Origin: Lama glama
Taxonomy: Eukaryota
Direction of reading: 5' to 3'
DNA: 64,000 bases
Assembly (NCBI GenBank): GCA_028534125.1
Contig: CM052817.1
Coordinates: 21,826,001 to 21,890,000, forward strand
In this document: positions 1 to 13,429 of the stretch, one piece after another
Position numbering within the stretch: position 1 is the first letter of the stretch
Layout of the letters: each line of letters opens with the position of its first letter
Program-made: the position numbers and the translations under genes
The notes under the pieces: generated by a model
The model's database searches: none
Told to the model about the DNA's origin: nothing
What the model saw: only the letters and a program-made list of their open reading frames with translations

Positions 1-214
1 AGAGTTACTAGGCCTGGTATAATTTCTGTAGGTCACATTTTAAAATTCACCTATTCTAGATTACCCTGATTTGCTTTAATTTGATATATACTTTGTAGTG
101 ACCTGTGTATCTTTGACAATGCTTTTTGTACTATGTGTCTGAATATGAAAAAGGAAGACATTAAACCCCACTACTGAATGGAGGCACAAATAATTGATTA
201 CTAATGCTGTGAAT

Positions 215-543
215 CAGTAGTTGGCAAACACTTTTTTTAAAAAGTCCAGATGAAAAGTGTTTAGGGTTCTGAGCCATTCTTCTTTTTCACAACTCTCCAA
301 CTCCACCATTGTAGTGTGAAAACAATCATAGATGACATGCAAAGAAATATGTGTGGCTGTTTTCCAATAAAAAAATTTGTTAACACTGAAATTTGAATTT
401 TATATAATTTTTATGAGTCATAAGTATCAATCTTCTTTTGATTCATTTTCAGCTATTTAAAATGTGGACACCATTCTTAGTTTGTGAGCTATATGTACAA
501 GCGATGGCCTGGATTTGATCCTCAAATTGTAGTTTGCTAACAA
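215..543 (+). mobile_element. hAT-Charlie non-autonomous DNA transposon, MER58B-like
   Basis: Starts CAGTAGTTGGCAAAC and ends GTAGTTTGCTAAC (degenerate TIRs). Internal CAACTC..CCATTGTAGTGTGAAA and GGCTGTTTTCCAATAAAA match the recalled MER58 consensus; ~330 bp fits the B form. Confidence 0.8.
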
Positions 544-1744
544 TATAGACATGTAAGTAATAGAAATATGAAAACAGTTACATAATTTAATATGTACATG
601 AGATTATAATATAAAATGCAGAAATTTTTAACCATTGTTTGAGTTAGTCAGAGATCGATTACTGGAAAAAGTGAGATGATTGGCACTGAAAGTAAGTCTA
701 ATTAGTGATAGAGGACAAGGAATTGGAAAACAATAGAGAGAGAAACAAGTTGTTAAGTAAGGGATCCAAAGCAGAAATGAATGAAGTGTGCCTTGGTGAT
801 TTGGAACTTAACATTTTATCATTGATTTGGATATTGGTAGTGCTTACCAATGATCTCTTTCATCTGTTATTCTATAAATTTCTATTTTTTAAGCTTATGC
901 TGACTGATAAAGTGCTCATTTTAATGATTTAATATTATATACAGTCTTTCAATATAAATATAGTTAGTAATTTAAAAATATCTAACTTCAATATTCATAT
1001 TAAATATGGACATTTCGTTTCTTTTATGGAAATCTGTGTAGAAAGTTGTCTTTTTTAACTGTGATTTGATTGCATCTGTCTTTTTTATGGTTTTTAACTC
1101 TAAAATCGAAAAAAGAGACTATTTAAATCAAACATGCAAATAAACAGTATGAAAGTAGTACCTCTTCTAAGATAGAATTCTCGGGCCAATGATCTCTTCT
1201 TGGTGCTGGCTTCAAAGATACTGAATTTCTATTATAACTTCTAAGATAAGAACATGACAACTTAGCAGACAGAATCCCTCTTTAAGTACCATATCTCCAC
1301 ATAAAAACTGTGTGTTGAAGCCTCCAAACTAAGTAATTTTATTGAAAGAAAAACACGTAACTTGTGTGGCAAGGATAAAATTAATTAACCAATTAAGAGA
1401 AGTCTTTTCAAAAACTGATTACAGTATCATGTGAGCAAATCAAATCATGGATCTCCTCAAGATACCAGCATTTAAATTTGTATATTACAGATAGTCATGA
1501 TGATAGATTTTTATTTTCAAAGAAGTTAAACTTCTTGGTGCAGGATGCGGAAAATATTTTCTCAGAACCTATTAGCAACACTAACTTCAGTATTATAAAA
1601 ATGGTTTGGTAGTATCATACTTGAACAGATGTCCCCAGGCCAATATATACTGAAAGCAAAGGAAAGCAAATTATTCATAGTTTGAAAGGTATCAGCTAAA
1701 GAGTAATAATGAATCAAATCCCTGCTCTCAAAAAACATTTCATT

Positions 1745-1835
1745 TACGACAAGGCTGTGCACAGAGTGTTAAATTGTCATGCCAGGTTTCCAGGCCATAC
1801 AGCCTGATCCAAGAGTCCACACTCTTCACCACTAT
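1745..1835 (-). mobile_element. MIR SINE fragment
   Basis: CCAAGAGTCCACACTCTTCACCACTAT resembles the antisense MIR 5' portion. Confidence 0.5.
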
Positions 1836-2764
1836 ATAAAATATTCATTACTCCAGAGTGAGTTATACCAAGTTGTTAATTCATTGTAAATTTTTCTAGT
1901 GAAATATTCACATAGCAGACATTCTGGCAATTTGCGGCAAACACTACTGAATCTGATTAATTTCTGCTTCATTTGCATTTCAAAATTTATTTACATTGAG
2001 GTAGAAATATTTTGAAGTCAAAATAATATGGTAAGAGTGTGAAAGTTGAAGAAATGGTCTTAGCAGAAAGAACAAATAATAATACGTTGAGAAATGAAGA
2101 AGGACACAATCTTGTCAGAACATTTTTCAGTCATCCAAGTATTTTACTAGAGGGTGGGAAACACTGAAAATTCCGTGATGGCTTAGTTGTCTTAGTATCA
2201 ATAAACTCTCTGTAACATGGGGTTCTGAGTCAGAGAATGCTGAAATATCCTCCATTGGTGCCAAAGTGCTTATGAAACTATTACTGCCTGGTGACCAAGC
2301 AGGTTTACTGGCTTATAAAAATAAGCCCAGCTTGAGGCAAAGAATTAAAGACACTCTTAGATTTTGCTTCTTCATACTAATGTAGCTATTAATGTACTGG
2401 CCTGAATGATTTTTCTTACTTACCTTCTTATACCAATATATTACTTTCTCAAGAAAATTATAAATATCCTAGAAATACTAATTTCATTTTGGTCACAAGC
2501 TTCATGTGTAGTAAATATTCACTCATTCAAGCATACTTTGATTCATTCTGTGGTGCTTCAGTGATATCTATGAATGTATCTGACTGATATATCTGAATGA
2601 ATTTCAGTTATAGAAAAATGACCTCATATAGATACCACCTTCAATTCCAAACCATTCTGGGATTATTTTTCAAGACTTCTAGATTTCTGGGTAGGACTTC
2701 AGGGAGATAACGTACATTTTAGATGAGTCCTATATCCCTCTATATTTAATGCTGCATACTCTCC

Positions 2765-3210
2765 TTTTTTAAAAATTTGTTTTTATTGAGATATAATTGA
2801 TAAATAACATTATATAAGTTTAAGATATGCAATGTGTTGATTTAATACATTTATATATCACAGTGTGATTAACACCATAGCATTAACCAACACCTCTCTC
2901 ACATCACATAATTATCATTTCTTTTTTTGTGCTGGTAACAATTAAGATCTAGTCTCTTAGCAACTTTGAAGTTGATAATACAGTATTGTTGACTGTATAA
3001 TCACTGTGCTTAGTGCATTAGACCTCCAGGGCTTATTTATCTGCAATTTGCACCCTTAAACTATGTCTCCGCAGTTCTCCCACCCTGTAGCCTCTGGTAA
3101 CCACCATCCCACTCTGTTTTCACGAGTTTGAGTTACTTTAGATTCCACATATAAGGGATGTCAGGCAGTGTTTGTCTTTCTCTTTCTGACTTAAATTACT
3201 TCATAATGTC
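2765..3210 (-). mobile_element. L1 3' UTR fragment (L1MA9-like)
   Basis: T-rich start, then TTTATTGAGATATAATTGA, CTCTTAGCAACTTTGAAG, CTCTGGTAACCACCAT and TTTAGATTCCACATATAAG, all typical antisense L1MA 3' UTR motifs. Confidence 0.85.
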
Positions 3211-4588
3211 TGTCTTTAGTCTGCTTCTCCCTATATATTATATGTACTATATAAAATGAATATAATTATTTCATTATATATTTTTAAAATTATATGTTTT
3301 ATAAAAACACATATAATTACACATATAATATGAAAATTAGTTCATACTGAATTGCTAGATTGTTCATCTACTGGTTCACTTAAGTACATTTTAGAAACTT
3401 CTTTAACAGCCTACCCTTTTCTGAAAGCACTCTAAATATGGAATTTTCATTGAGTACTCTGAAGAGATCTCTCTGATGTGCCTAATTGAGTGCCAACTGG
3501 GCATGAAATGGGTCTAATTGTTCTTTATATCATTTAGTGCATTGTTGATGCTCAAAGCATCTTTAAATGATGACAATAGAAACAGTGTTCCCTGGCCTCT
3601 GGATAGAATGTTTCCTCTCTTGCTATTTTCTCTCTGCTGGGTGTATTACAAGACCGAGTCTCACAGTCCAAATTGCTTGGATTGTGATCCTTTTTTCTAT
3701 GCTTTGGCATTGTTCTTTCACTGTATTTATTGGTATTTTGGCATTTCTTCCACTCAGGAGATATGGGAATTGGCTTGTCTCTATGTCATCCTTAACCTGT
3801 GAAAAATACCTCATAGAAAACCCATCTAAAAGTTCTTAATTTTTATTATTTTGATCAGGGAATTCATAATTTGAAGTAAAAGTATCAATTTTCCTTTTCT
3901 CCAAGGAGGAAAAAAGTCACCAAATGAAACCTGGAGATTTTTTTCAACTCCAGTATCTTGAGATGTTATTCAATTTCTATGCCCAGTGTTATAAATCACA
4001 AAGACACTTATCTTTGCATTCCAATGGATCAGCAGAAAACTGAAGGGAAGCTTTTAAATTATTGCAAATTCCCAATAGTTTCACTGTTATAAACCTTTGT
4101 CCACTAAAAATCTCTATTGCTTTCTTCCACAATCTGACGTGGTTGCATTATCTAATTCACACAGTGGTTGGGACAGGCCCTCCTCACACCCCACATCCAT
4201 TTTTCCTGCATCAGTTCTTGAGATGTGGCTGTAGCATTATTTTATTTTATTACTCAAGAATAATATAATAGCTTGCATTCCTAGAAAGCTAATTTTTATT
4301 TCAAAATTAAAATATTTTCTTTTTATTTTAAGTGTTACTAATATATAAATGCATCTTTTGGAAAACATAAAGAAAATAATATATATGTGTATATGTTTCA
4401 TAAGTAACACATGCGCACCTCTTCCACCAAAATTCTAGTAATAAGCTAGAAGTCTTCTAATACTTCCATACTGAAGTCATGCAATTCAGTCTTCTAATCA
4501 TGTGAGAACAAAAACTTACTCCATGAACTCAACTTGCAGATCTGTAAGAAGGCCTGTGTATGGATTAAGAAAAATTAGGCCTTGTCTC

Positions 4589-4628
4589 ATTCTGTGTAGA
4601 TGATTGAAATTCTGTGTAGATGATTGAA
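4589..4628. repeat. Perfect 20-bp tandem duplication (ATTCTGTGTAGATGATTGAA x2)
   Basis: Two adjacent identical copies read directly from the sequence. Confidence 0.95.
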
Positions 4629-4884
4629 TAATGTATTTTGTATAACTCAAAGCATTGTTACAGTCACTGGTATTTAGTTTGTTCGTAGGATTCCCAAACA
4701 CAAATCTCATTCATAGTCTACTGACATCTTTTTAAATAATGGAAAAAATTAACATGCAGAAAATGCATTTAGTGAAATGAAACTATTATTTCTGGCAGAT
4801 ACTTAAACTCTAAGCCCCACTGTAATCCTCTGGTGGCATAAAATGAAGAAAGTGGAAAACTAAGTTAGATTAATTGTAATGAGC

Positions 4885-5085
4885 ATAACTAACATTTATT
4901 GAGTGTTACAGACACTATACTTGGACATTTTACATCTTATTTAATCTTTACAGCAACTGCAAGAAGTGTTACTGTCACCAGTTTACAGGTAAAGAAAATA
5001 AGCATAGAGAGATTTATAGACTTGGGCAAGGTCATTTTGCTAACAGGAAATAAATGCAAAGTTCTAATTCAGGTAGTCAGATAGA
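4885..5085 (-). mobile_element. MIR SINE
   Basis: AACATTTATTGAG...TTTACAGGTAAAGAAAATAAGCATAGAGAG...GACTTGGGCAAGGTCA matches the antisense MIR core. Confidence 0.75.
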
Positions 5086-5740
5086 GAATGCATAGAAATG
5101 GTTTAAGTGATTTCCAATACCTAAAAAGAGTTAGCAGTTTCCTTTATTTATTTATTTATTTTTCCTGTGCAAGTCCGTATCACTATTGGAATCCTCTGTA
5201 TTTTACTCCTCTGATGGCAGGAAAAGTCCCAGGTAACTCAGGGTAACAGCAAATCAAAAGGCATTTACACCAATAAAAGATAGTTGGTTCTCATTCTGCC
5301 ATTACTCTTTTACCAAGTCTTGGTGTCCAAATAGTATCTTTGCATATGACATGTTCTTTCATGCATTCTTTTTATGTGGATATAGAGTTAGAAAAGGAAA
5401 ATGCTAGATAATGGGCTGGGACAGTAAAGATGGGGTGACTTAAGCTGTTCCAAGTGACCAATAGCTGTTAAATATGTTATGCATTTATTAATTTATTGAG
5501 TCAATACAAATTTATTGAATTTCAACTAGGAATTGAAGTCTGGGGTAGATACTGTGGCACATAAATAAGAAATATGTAGTTGAAATAATTGAGCAAAAAT
5601 ACAAGGAATTGTGCTACACCGTGGGACCCAACACATCAACTTTATCACACAATCCTTTTTTGAGATATTAATATATATATATATGCATATATATGTAAAC
5701 AAATTTAAATTCTCATTCCCCAAAATATCAGAAACATTGG

Positions 5741-5744
<4 letters not shown>

Positions 5745-5775
<31 letters not shown>

Positions 5776-5786
5776 ATTATTATTAA
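5745..5786. repeat. (TAT)n microsatellite, imperfect
   Basis: Run of TAT/ATT triplets. Confidence 0.9.
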
Positions 5787-8700
5787 TTTTTAAACTGTGT
5801 ATTTGATCATGGAAAGTAGGTATGGCCTACTTACTCTAATTTCAATAAAACATCTTACAGAGTCTTTCTCACATCAATTAAGAGATTATTTCCATGAATC
5901 CAGTTTTAAAAACTAAATTAGGGCAATCTGGTGTATGAATTTGGTTACAGAGCTTTTTGGCTCTCTCCACAGACATATTGTATTGCAGTCTTCCCAAAAT
6001 ATTCCATTTGAATAACTAAGAAAATAGTAAGTAGGATCTGGGAGGAATTCAATATAGTTTACTGGATTTTTCTTACAAGAGTGACTCAATATTAAGCCTG
6101 ATTGCAAAGAAGAAAACTAGAAGTGGTTAGAGGAACACCATATCTCAGCATTGTGTGATCTTTAAAATTTCTATTCAACAGATAGACCTGAAGCAGCTGT
6201 TTTCGTCTACATTTCCTGGATTCTTGCCCTGCTTTTTCCTAGCTTAGTATATGGTCAGTGTCCAAGGAAAACCTCTGTGTAACATAAAGGCCTGTAAACT
6301 TGAATAATTTTTTTTAGCTATTTTAGTGGAGTGATAGATTTAAGCTTATAGTCAATGTTATTTACATTTAACATAAAATTGAATTCTATTTGTAAAATAC
6401 ATTAAAAGAGGAATATTGTAATGTTTACAATAAAATAAAATAATTTGAATTTCAGATAATAAAATAGAATTTTTAAGAATATGTTAGAAGTAAAAAGGTG
6501 TATACAATTTATGAAAAATAATGAAGTATGTATTAATGATGTTCTTAATTAAAATTTATTGAAGTTAGTATTATCATTTTATCTCAATAATTCATTTTAA
6601 ATATTGAAATAGTTATGATTTTGACTTTATAATAAATATAACATTACTTATATTTGATATAAAAATTATCTCTGTATTAATGACTAACTCTTAGCTAAGA
6701 TTTCTTATCTCATGGGAATATGTGTAATAAAAACTGGGTCATTGGTGTTGAAGAATCCTTCAAGTTGCTCTGTGACAATACAAGGGAAAAGAATTGTTGA
6801 GTAAAATAAAACATTAGATGGGAAGCTTAGGTTTATATCTCACTCTCAGAAAGGCATATTTCAATAACTTCTTTAGTTTAAAATATACAAAGTAAAATTT
6901 GCCTGTACAGATTTTTCTTTTGTTTCTGTAAGAATGACAATATTAAGAAGAATGAAAAGAGAGAGGTATAAATGTTTCTTGAGGCTTACAGTATATTGAT
7001 ATTTCTTTTGTATTTTTGAATTCTCTTATATTCTTAATGCAGCAAGACAGTGTATTCTACTAAAATATTTGTGAAGAATTAAAAACATCACATAAAACAT
7101 TATAAAATGTATTTGTTTTGATTGATTTCTGTTGCATTATCCACTTTTTTTTTTTTTTTTTAGTCTGGCTAGGTTTAAAAAAAATCTTATTATTAAGTTG
7201 GGAAGAATCTCTACTTTCCAAAGTGGATTAACTTCAAGGAGTTTGCACAGGAGTGTGTCCAAAATTTACAATGTGATGTAAAACTAAAACATTTTAATTT
7301 TAGTATTTTATAATTTAGTATACTTTGTGGTACCCCAAAGCATTACCTAAACCTTAATAGAGAATAAGTCTTTACGATTCGCTTCAATTGAATGCTTCTA
7401 AGCAGGTGAAAATGAGGAATCATTATATGCACTAGTGGAAGGAAGCATACTTTTAAGCTGCAGTTTTGTTTGTCACCTTACTCATGACAGCTATAACAAA
7501 TAAAGAAACTGAGGATGAATTCATAGGGATAATTAAGCAGTGTTGATCTTAGGACAGTTTTCTTTTCAATGAAACACTGATTGCATTGTTCATAACAAAA
7601 CTATCTCTGCATGACAGAACTAATTACTGACCATCTGAACTTACTTAGCCAAACGAAAAAAGCAATTAAAAACACCGTCATCACTGAATCTACCATAGAA
7701 CAGCTGGTTATATTGATAAGCAATCCCGCAAGCTAAAGCTACTTTAGAACACAATGGAACATAATCTGTTTTCTCAGTAGTAATTAGAGAGCAATAAGAG
7801 AATATGAGATTACTGTTGAGAAATTGTAGTTGTGATGCAAACCACTTTTAAAATACATTTTTCCTCCTGAATTGACATAATAGGCAAAAAATTTGATGTT
7901 CTTCAAGATATTTTATTTTCCCATGGGATTTACAGATCATATTGTAGGATTTTTCAATAATTAGTCATCTGTTTAAAACAGGATAAATTTTTATGACATT
8001 GCAATTCGATTTACCAGAGCAAGTAAAGACAGTCTTTACATAGGAATCATTGTGACACTTAAGAAACTGGAAGAGAAGTTACATGTTGTTGGGATTCAAA
8101 CTTAGTTTTTGCAGAGGCAGAGAGACCAGTAAGATCTCTTTAAACTCATTAACAAAATTGTCTTTTGATGCAGTTCCTTTGGGTAAAATATTTTTATTCA
8201 TCACCCAATGAAATAAATTCAACAAAATGTATATAGTACTTCTGTTTGTCAGGAATTTTGCTAAGTTTTATTGTCACAGTCAAGCAGGACACTCCTTTTC
8301 TCTCTCTGTTTTTGGCTACTAAGTATTTGATCCTTTGCCTTTATTAGTAAAAGTACTTTTTTTTTTTCTGGACTTGCTTAAAACAAAAGTAATGTTAGAT
8401 TTACTCTTCTTCAATAAAGGGATGCTAAAACAGTGAAAATGTGTTAGAGAATATATTTCATTCTCCTGTAACTTCAGCATCATCTCTTTGCCAAGAACTA
8501 TACATCTATTGACAGTCTTGTATGTGTCAATCACAGAGGAGTGAATAAAGGAGTCTAGAAATTGGTATTCTTATGGTGATGTGACAAAGACTTACAATGC
8601 CTGACTCTTGGCAGCTTCAACTACTCCTTCATTTGGGTGGGTTTTATGATTTCAGCTGAACTGCAGGTCCCTCAAAAAGGATCAGCCTTTGTGGGCAGCA

Positions 8701-10093
8701 TAAGCATGAGATAAAAGCTCTTTCGGTTGCTAGCAAGCCAAGATAGGTTAGTGAGTTCAGCTTTTGGCTAAACTTCAGTCAGATAGTCTACATCACTGAT
8801 TGGCATCATAAGCTGATAAAAGGAGCATGGTTTCATGTTGCCAAGGAACAGAGCATTTAGGGGAGAAACACATGCCTACGCTTTAATCTGTTCCCCAAGA
8901 CATTTTCCCAATATCTCTTTGGAATGAAAACCAGGGCCATTTTCCTTACAAATTCAGGGTAATTGTGTCAACCAGGGAAATTAGATAAAAATGCTAAGGT
9001 TTTTTTAGGATTTGAAATCAGCTCTTGTGGGTTGCTTTAGTTTCCACCCTCTTATTGTCTAATAATATTTCTCTTTTACTGTGTATCCTAAGATATTACA
9101 TTGGTATTTAATTTTACCTATAGTATTTGAGTTTTATTATAAATGCTATCATTAAGTCATTGTTTCCCTACTTAATGCTTGTTTTCTTAACTATAAAAAT
9201 TTGTTTTAACCCTAAATGTTCAAAAAAGCATTAAAATTATAAAGTAGAGTGATGGATACTATATTTTAAAATGTATAATGAACACATAAGGGTTGAAATA
9301 GAATTTATTGTATAAATTATAAATAGCAAATAATAGAACTTGATTATTCAATCCTAATGTAATTAAGACTTTTGAGGGAATTTTAGCTGATTTATATGTA
9401 CATTTACATTTGGCTCTGTGTTTTTTACCTAACAATTTCTGAATGCCTTATGTATTTTAATCATTCTTTATAAGACTCTTGGATGTTATACATTATTACT
9501 TCCACATTATGGAGTATTAAATGTAAGTCTTAGGAGTGAGAAAGATTTAAGTGTCAAAATGTCGGACAGCCAAATGTATTATTTAGTAGACTATTCTTGA
9601 TTCTGTAATGAAATTTTTCTTTTTTTCCTGAAGTACTTTGGTAAATGCAGTCATTTAGACTTTTAAAATTTCTATTTAAATGTTTTAAATTTTTAGATTT
9701 ATAGATTAAATATCATTATATTAGTTTATTCCTTTCACTATTTGGCATTTATATCATAGTTTTTCGTTAGTAAAATGCTCATGTGTGTGTCTGTATCCAG
9801 TGTATACTCCCTCTCTCCTATATTTTCCCAGTGAATGGTGTAAATTTCTATTTTGCCTCCATTGTCACCCTTTGCCTACTTACTCTCCCTACTATTTTCC
9901 TGTGTTGCCCTGTCTTTTACTTACATGTATGTATGCATATTACATGTCTGAACCTATGAAATACTCTTAAGAATTCAAAACAGACATTTGGGAATTAAAG
10001 CTAATGAGCCATCCAAAAGCAACAGTAGAAAAAGTAGTGAGTTGCCTATGGTTTTACATCAAACTTGTAAACTTATGAGGAAAAGTGTTTCAG

Positions 10094-10150
10094 ACTTTTG
10101 ATTTCTAGTCCAGTATATAAGGAGCTTGGAAATCATCACTCCCATCCATT

Positions 10151-10200
<50 letters not shown>

Positions 10201-12165
10201 AATAATAATAATAATAAAAAGCTAAACAAAAATAAAAATTCTTAGATCTATCAGGGAATTGAGGTTGCAGGGCAAACTGCTGGCCCCCAAAATTAGAAAG
10301 ATAGGCAGATACAGAAAATCACATCTTAGGCAGGTAGAATCCCATGAGCAGAAACCTTGGTGGTAACCTGCATCACAGTAGGAAAGTCTAGATGGTAATT
10401 GACAAAATGCTGGAGATACAGTGTGGACAAGTTTGCGAGTTCAAAACTCTGGAGTGACCCAGTCCTCACAGACTGCACACTTTTGTTAGTTTTACCTCCT
10501 GGAACTGAACTAGATTCTGACACTGAAAATGGGAGAAAAATCTTGTACTTCTGGCAAAGGGAGAAAAATAGTGGATATTTTGAAAAAGCTCCAGATTATT
10601 CTATTCTTCTAACAAGCCCTGCCTTCAAAATAAACTATTTCATTGTTGGTTAACCAGCTTGGCTTTTTACCGGAGTCTAATTGAATGGAGAGAAGGGAAA
10701 TACTCAGCTCTAGCCCCTGTAGGGTTGTTTTGTTTATTTATTTCTTTTTGTCTCACCTAAGTTGAAGAAAACAGAAGCAAAAACAAAAACTGAAGGGCAC
10801 TGTGAAGTTTACCGTTTAGAAGACCTAATCATAGGACTACAGGACTCTTCCTGCCCATGCACACAGCTTACACCACATTGGCAGGGCTCTTGTATAAAAC
10901 AAGGGACTACAACAGGGGAGACGGAAATAAGACATAAGAGGAAATTTTAGCCGGTAAATACAGCTTCTCTTCAGAAACCATGCAGACATGAAAAGAGGGG
11001 ACTGAAATGTTTAAAGTGTTGAATAGAAAAAAAAAAAGCCTCATCAACCTAGAATTCTATATCTAGTAAAATTAACTTTTGAAAGTGAAGGGGAAATGAA
11101 AACTTTCAAAGAGAAGCAAAAATTGAAGAAAATTGTCACGAGTAGATCTGTCTTGCAAGAAATATTAAAATATTCAGAAAGAATGATATAGGTCAGAAAC
11201 TCAAATCTACATAAAGAAGAGAAAAAATTAGAGAAGGAGTAAATGAAGGTAAAATAAAATATTTTATTTTTCTTTATTCTTAATTGATCTGCACAGATTG
11301 AACTTTCCTAAAAATAATAATACCAACAATTATTAGGTGATTGTAGCTTATGGATAAATGAAGTGAATGGTAACAGTGTTATAAAGGTTAGGAAAGAAGA
11401 ATTGGTATTACTATGTTAATATGGTGTTTGCATTACCTATGAAGTAATATAGTCTTATTTGAAATAGGACTTGAATTAGTGATAAATGTATACTACAAAC
11501 TTAGGGCAACCACCAAAAGAAGTAGTTAAAAATTTGATATGCTAAGAGAAGAGGAAAAAAATAGAATCATATAAAATGCTCAATTAAAACCAAAGCAGAA
11601 ATAGAGTAGAAGACATTAATTAATTAATTAAAAGATACTAAAGACAAGGGCAATGAATAGAAAACAGTAACAAATATGGTAGACATTAATCAAACTGTAT
11701 CCATAACCACTTTAAATAATCTAAATATACCACTTGAAAGAAACCATCAGAGTGGAAATTTTAAAAAAAGGACCAGTATATGACATTGTAAAAAAAGCAA
11801 AACTATGGAGACAGTAAGATCAGTGGTTGACAAGGGAACTGGGGAGAGGTGGGGATGATTAGATGGAGAAATGATGTCTTGAGAGCAAACTATTCTGTAT
11901 GATACTATAATGGTGAATATGTGTTATTATACATTTAATAAGACCCATCTAATGTACAATGCAAAGAGTGTACCCTAATATAAACTATGGACTTTCATTA
12001 ATAATGATGTATTAATATTGTCTCATCAATTGTAATGAATTAACACAGCAATGCAAAAACGTTAATAATAGGGGAGACTGGGAGAGGAAAAGAAAAAAAT
12101 ATATGGGAACTCTGTATTTTCCACGTATTTTTCTGTAAAGCCAAAACTGCTTTAAAAAAAAAAAA
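10094..12165 (+). mobile_element. Ancient L1 (L1MC2/L1MD-like) with both ends retained and two large internal deletions
   Basis: 5' UTR-like sequence 10094-~10955. ORF1 C-terminal remnant ~10960-11170 (FSSETMQ...QPRILYLVKLTFESEGEMKTFKEKQKLKKIVTSRSVLQEILK). Inter-ORF spacer, then ORF2 start remnant ~11675-11780. L1MC-type 3' UTR (GCAAAACTATGGAGACAGTAA, TAAACTATGGACTTT) and poly-A at ~12154-12166. Confidence 0.8.
10152..10217. repeat. Compound microsatellite (CAA)16(TAA)6
   Basis: Counted directly; lies inside the 5' UTR of the old L1. Confidence 0.95.
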
Positions 12166-13429
12166 AGGAAAAAGATCATTTTAAAACTTTTTACCTAATT
12201 TTTTTTTTTTTTTTTGCAATTGAATAGTCTGTAAGGGATGTAAAACTTTTTTTTTCTCTTTAAATTCCCCACTCTCACTGTCCCTTATCTGAGCGTTTGC
12301 TTTCTGAGATCTGGGCTTTCTTGAGTCAAGTGATTGCTTACAACATTCTTGTTGGGAGGACAGCTCTGTCCGTTGAGGTGAAGTCGTGTAAACCGCCTCT
12401 GGAATACAGAAAGCGAAATTCAGATCTTTGAACTGAAGAGAGGGAATGCTTTACTGAGAGAAGAGAGCTGTCTTCAAGAGTTAGAAAGTCACCCGTACTT
12501 GAAAGAATTAGAGCATACTTAAAAATCCACGGCATTTCCACTTTTCTAGACCACCACGCTCATCAGTGTGGAAAGTTGTTGAGAACACATCAATCAAAGA
12601 CCACAGTTTGGGGGCATTTTAAAAACAAGCCCAAATAGCCATCCCTTGGTTATTAATCTTTAAGCACTTGATATAATTTGTTATGTTTTACTTTCAATAG
12701 TGATATAATATTCTTGTGAATCTTTATAGGACTTTCTTTTTCTTTCTTTCTCATATCTCCCTGCATTAAGAAATGGAAAGAGTGATCAGAAATTTAATTA
12801 TTTTACCTGATAATACATCCTACATAAAGAGTGCTTGAGTTTTCTTTCAACAACTTTCTCTTCTGCTTCAGACACTTCATATATGTGACTTGCGGTCACA
12901 TATAAAACAATTAATGGCACCCTGGCCTTTGGGCGGTATTGTACTTAGGTATCTAATAAATGTGAACGTCTTCTAAATTGCTGATATTTTTCATACTTTT
13001 CTCTTTTTAAACAGTGAAATATTTAACTTGAAAATTGCCAATGAACAGATCACTCTGAACTGTTGTTTTTCTAAAGAAAAATCACGTTGATTTATGATCA
13101 GCTTATGATATCTGAGTATAAATGAAAGGTTATTGATGCAGCTCAAACCTTAATCCTTCAGGCAGGTTTTCTGATTAACACCTGCCTACTCTGATGTCTC
13201 CCCTTTCTGATCTCCATAGCAATCACCATCTTCCTAATGCCTCAGCATTTGGTTAATTTCTATTTTGTACCTATATTGCTATCAATAATTGTTTTTGAAT
13301 TTTAAAATAATTTTTTGTCCAAATTTTATGTCCTCAAGCAGATTGTTACTATTGAAATGAAAATTCTATATACCTCTTGTGACATGTAAGAATGTTGTTA
13401 AAGCCCCTTGATGTTTAGAAAACCCATTA

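Noticed and set aside
3262..3340. Imperfect AT-rich palindrome (AATTATATG...CATATAATT)
   Set aside because: Low-complexity TA-rich sequence self-complements trivially.
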